DNA of 38,013 nucleotides from the NCBI GenBank assembly GCA_040376505.1, contig JBEIQK010000002.1, forward strand, positions 1 through 38,013. The letters run 5' to 3'. The notes under the pieces were generated by a model. The model saw nothing but the letters and a program-made list of their open reading frames with translations. It searched no databases and had not been told where the DNA came from. Position numbers and translations under genes: made by a program. Positions 34,797 through 38,013 of the stretch are shown in pieces; position 1 is the first letter of the stretch; the number at the start of each line of letters is the position of its first letter. The DNA is from Alphaproteobacteria bacterium (lineage in GTDB: Bacteria > Myxococcota_A > UBA796 > UBA2385).

Positions 34797-35741
34797 CTAA
34801 CCAGCCCCGCCGCCCAGCGCCCGCGGATCGATGGCCAGCACCTCGCCCTCGCCGAAGATCACGCAGTCCTCGTAGTCGCCGGGGGGGACGGTGAGGCCAT
34901 CCCAAACCACGGCCCGGCGCAGGCGCGCCCCCGCCTCAACGATCGTGCCGGCGCCGACGATGCTCTCCTCCAGCTCCCCGTACACGCGCGCCCCCGCCCC
35001 CACGAAAGAGCCGCCGGGGCCGCGGGCGCCGCGGGTCCAGGGGTCGAGGGGGGTGGGCAGGCGGCCGGCCAGCACATCGAGGTTGGCGGCCCAGTAGGCG
35101 CCGGGCGTGCCGATGTCGACCCAGGCGCCGCGGTGCAGGCGGCCGGCGACCTTGCGCTGGGGCACGAGGGCCTTGTAGGCGGTGCGCACGATGCACTGCT
35201 CGCCCTCGGGCACGAGCTCCAGAGTGTCGCGGTCCATGGCGTGAACGCCGGTGAAGTGGGTGCCGGCGATGCCCTGGCCGGGCACCACGCTGGTGATGCG
35301 CACCACCACGCGAGCTTCGTCCATCTCGACGGGGCCAATCTGGGCGGCCTCGGGGGCCGGCCGCAGGGCCATGGCGGCACCGCCGGGGGGCACGGCGTCG
35401 AGGAGTGCTGCGAGATCGACGTCGGAGAGCACGTCGCCGTTGACGATCACGAAGCGAGGGGCGAGCCGGGGGGCGGCGGCCTTGAGCCCGCCGCCGGTGC
35501 CGAGGATCGTGGGCAGCTCGACCTGCAGCTCGGCGCCGTTGGCGGCCGCCCAGGCGGCGACCTGCTCCCAGAGGTGGTGGGCGTTTACGAGCACGCGCTC
35601 ATGCCCAAAGGCGCGGAGCTGGGCGAGGGCGTGATCGAGGAGGGGCGCGCCGCAGAGGGGGAGGAGGGGCTTGGGGCGGCGGTTGGTGAGGGGCCGCAGG
35701 CGGGTGCCGAGGCCGGCGGCGAGGAGGAAGGCGGTGTTCAT
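34797..35741 (-). CDS. NDP-sugar synthase / sugar-phosphate nucleotidyltransferase
   Basis: LAAGLGTRLRPLT...PKPL, LGTGGG, NGD, WVDIGTP, short C-terminal left-handed beta-helix-like tail. Confidence 0.88.
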   Translation of the reverse strand: MNTAFLLAAGLGTRLRPLTNRRPKPLLPLCGAPLLDHALAQLRAFGHERVLVNAHHLWEQVAAWAAANGAELQVELPTILGTGGGLKAAAPRLAPRFVIVNGDVLSDVDLAALLDAVPPGGAAMALRPAPEAAQIGPVEMDEARVVVRITSVVPGQGIAGTHFTGVHAMDRDTLELVPEGEQCIVRTAYKALVPQRKVAGRLHRGAWVDIGTPGAYWAANLDVLAGRLPTPLDPWTRGARGPGGSFVGAGARVYGELEESIVGAGTIVEAGARLRRAVVWDGLTVPPGDYEDCVIFGEGEVLAIDPRALGGGAG

Positions 35742-35827
35742 CGGGGGGCTCGGGGCGAAGGCGGGGGGCTTATCCTGGCGATGGCGCTGCGCGGTCGCGC
35801 CGCCGGTGGCGCGGTTAACGAGCGCCG

Positions 35828-37556
35828 ATGACGCTCCCCCTCTTCGCGCCGCGGCTCAGCTCGCAACTCACCGAGGCCGTCGGCCAGCTCGCCGCCGCCG
35901 AGGACACCGAGCGGGGTGCTGTCTACACCCGGCCCGCGGTGGTCGACGCCCTGCTCGATCTCTGTGGCTACACCGCCGATCAGCCGCTCTGGGCGCGCCG
36001 GCTGCTCGAGCCCTCCTTTGGGGGTGGAGACTTCCTCCTGCCGGCCCTGGAGCGGCTTTGGGGGTCCTTTGTGGCCAGCGGCCGGGGCCCCCAGGAGGCG
36101 GCGCTGCTGACGCCGGCGCTCTGCGCGGTGGAGCTGCAGCCCAGCGCCTTCGCGCAGACCCAGGCGCGGGTGCGGGATCGTTTGCTCGGCTGGGGGGTGC
36201 TGCCGGCCGGCGCCGACGCGCTCTGCGCGGCCTGGCTGCGCTGTGAGGACTTTCTGCTGGCGCCGATCGAGGGCCCCTTTGATGTGGTGGTGGGCAATCC
36301 ACCCTATGTGCGCCAGGAGCGCATCCCCGGCCCCTTGCTGGAGGAGTACCGGCGGCGCTACCGAACCATCTACGATCGGGCTGATCTGTATGTGCCCTTC
36401 TATGAGCGCGGCCTCGCCTTGCTCGCCGAGGGGGGTCGGCTCGGCTTCATCTGCGCCAACCGCTGGCTCAAAAACAAATATGGGGGGCCGCTGCGCAAGG
36501 TGGCGGCGGCCTTCCACCTGGAGTGCTTTGTCGATCTCGAGGGGGCCGACGCCTTTCAGTCCGAGGTGATCGCCTACCCGGCGATCACGGTCTTCGCGCG
36601 GCGCCCGCCGGGCCTCACCCGCGTCGCCCGCAAGCCCGAGCTCAGCGCGGCCTCGCTGGGGCCCTTGGTGCGGGGCTTGCTGGGCCGCGGAGACGGCGAT
36701 CCGCGGGTGGAGACGGTGGAGCGGGCCCTGGACGGTGATGATCCCGTGCTGCTCGACGCCCCCGACCGGCTGCGGGTGCTGCGTCGGCTGGAGTCGGCCT
36801 TCCCCACCCTCGAGGCGGCGGGTGCCAAGGTGGGGATTGGCGTGGCCACCGGCGCCGACAAGGTCTTCATCGGCGCATTCGACGGGCTGCCGGTCGAAGC
36901 ATCCCGCAAGCTGCCCCTGGTGATGGCGGGTGATCTGGACGGTCTCACCCTGCGCTGGAGCGGAAAGGGGGTGATCAATCCCTTCCTCGAAGACGGTCGA
37001 CTGGCCGATCTCGACGAAATTCCCGCGCTTCGGCGCCTACCTGCGTGCCCATGAGGAGGCCGTCGCCGGCCGGCACTGCGCCCAGAAGAGCGCGGCAGGC
37101 TGGTACCGCACGATCGACCGCATCTGGCCGGCCTTGGTGGCGCGGCCGAAGCTGCTGATCCCCGACATCAAGGGCGAGCCCACCGTTGTGCTGGACGAGG
37201 GCCGCTTCTACCCGCACCACAACCTCTACTTCGTGGTCTCCGACCTCTGGAGCCTGCCGGCCCTGGCGACGGTGCTGCGCTCCTCGCTGGCCCTCTTCTT
37301 TGTGTCGTCCTATTCGGTGCGGATGGCGGGCGGTTTCCTGCGCTTTCAGGCGCAGTACCTGCGCAGGATCCGCCTGCCGGCGTGGTCCTCGTTGTCCACG
37401 GGGGCGCAGGGAGCCCTGCAGGCCGCCAGCGGTACGCTGGATCTCGAACAGATTGACGCCGCCGTGGCGCGGGCCTATGCTCTGTCCACCGAGGAGGCCG
37501 CCCTCGTCGCGGCCGCCGCCGCCGAGGCGCGGGTCTCCCGGAAGACGCCTCGATGA
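35828..37556 (+). CDS. Type II N6-adenine DNA methyltransferase (PaeR7I/TaqI-like gamma class), frameshifted at 37017-37019 in this sequence
   Basis: GAVYT, LLEPSFGGGDF (motif I), VVGNPPY (motif IV), ADLY, FICANRW, IGVATGAD; continues in the +1 frame with WYRTIDRI, KLLIPDIKG, YPHHNLY, LRFQAQYLRRIRLP. Confidence 0.9.
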
Positions 37557-38013
37557 CCGTCCAGCTCCTGCCGCCCGATTTCGATGAGATCCTCCACCAG
37601 GCCATCGCCACTTTCTGGTCTGGCCGCGGGGGCCCCGCCACCGGGGGCCAGGCGGGCGGGCGCGGCCGGGTGATCGCGGGACAGAACCTCGATGGCTTCT
37701 TCGTCCTCGTCGATGCGGTGGCTCGCCACGTCGGGGTCTCGCCCAGCGCGGTGTACACACGAAAGTCACAGGTGACCCTGCCCGGGTACTTCCGCGCCAC
37801 AAAGAATTGGGATGTTCTGGTGGTCCAGGACGGCCAGTTGCTGGCGGCCTTGGAGCTCAAGTCCCAGGTTGGCTCGCTGGGGAACAACTTCAACAATCGA
37901 GCCGAAGAGGCGCTGGGCTCGGCGACCGACTTCGCGGTGGCGCAGTCGGAGGGCGCCTTTCGCCGCACAGAGGGCAGCGCCGGGCCGCTGCTCCTCGCCG
38001 AGCCGGTGCCCGC
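37553..38013 (+). CDS. Type II restriction endonuclease, PaeR7I/XhoI family; 3' partial (absent from the ORF track)
   Basis: ATGA overlap with the MTase stop. My translation: MTVQLLPPDFDEILHQAIATFWSGR...GQNLDGF...TLPGYFRATKNWDVLVV...ALELKSQVGSLGNNFNNRAEEALGSATD; open to the window end. Confidence 0.92.
   Translation, partial: MTVQLLPPDFDEILHQAIATFWSGRGGPATGGQAGGRGRVIAGQNLDGFFVLVDAVARHVGVSPSAVYTRKSQVTLPGYFRATKNWDVLVVQDGQLLAALELKSQVGSLGNNFNNRAEEALGSATDFAVAQSEGAFRRTEGSAGPLLLAEPVP

Overview
GC-rich (roughly 70% by eye) chromosomal window from a diderm bacterium, most likely Myxococcota (inference from a MYXO-CTERM-like tail, Cys/Asp 'MopE-like' repeat proteins, a membrane Ser/Thr kinase, a futalosine-pathway-type radical SAM enzyme and lpxC). 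It holds about 36 CDSs and one tRNA-Sec (selC, 14257-14356, minus strand). Clear housekeeping genes: ruvC-ruvA-ruvB-DUF192-lpxC, uppP, dihydropyrimidinase and several lipid enzymes. Best leads: (1) a DAB/MpsAB-type inorganic carbon pump operon (dabA-dabB) with a translationally coupled third, NuoM-like membrane subunit whose charged residues are altered; (2) a GpsA homolog lacking its catalytic Lys and SRN motif, coupled to a PlsB-like acyltransferase; (3) a 2OG-Fe(II) oxygenase resembling eukaryotic OGFOD2/plant ICU11-CP2, coupled to a UbiA prenyltransferase; (4) a PaeR7I/XhoI-type R-M locus with a 1-nt frameshift in the methyltransferase, plus apparent CTCGAG avoidance across the window; (5) a GAF-AAA+-HTH activator with GAHSAA in place of GAFTGA. 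No CRISPR array, integrase or transposase was seen. All family calls come from motif recognition by eye; no searches were run.
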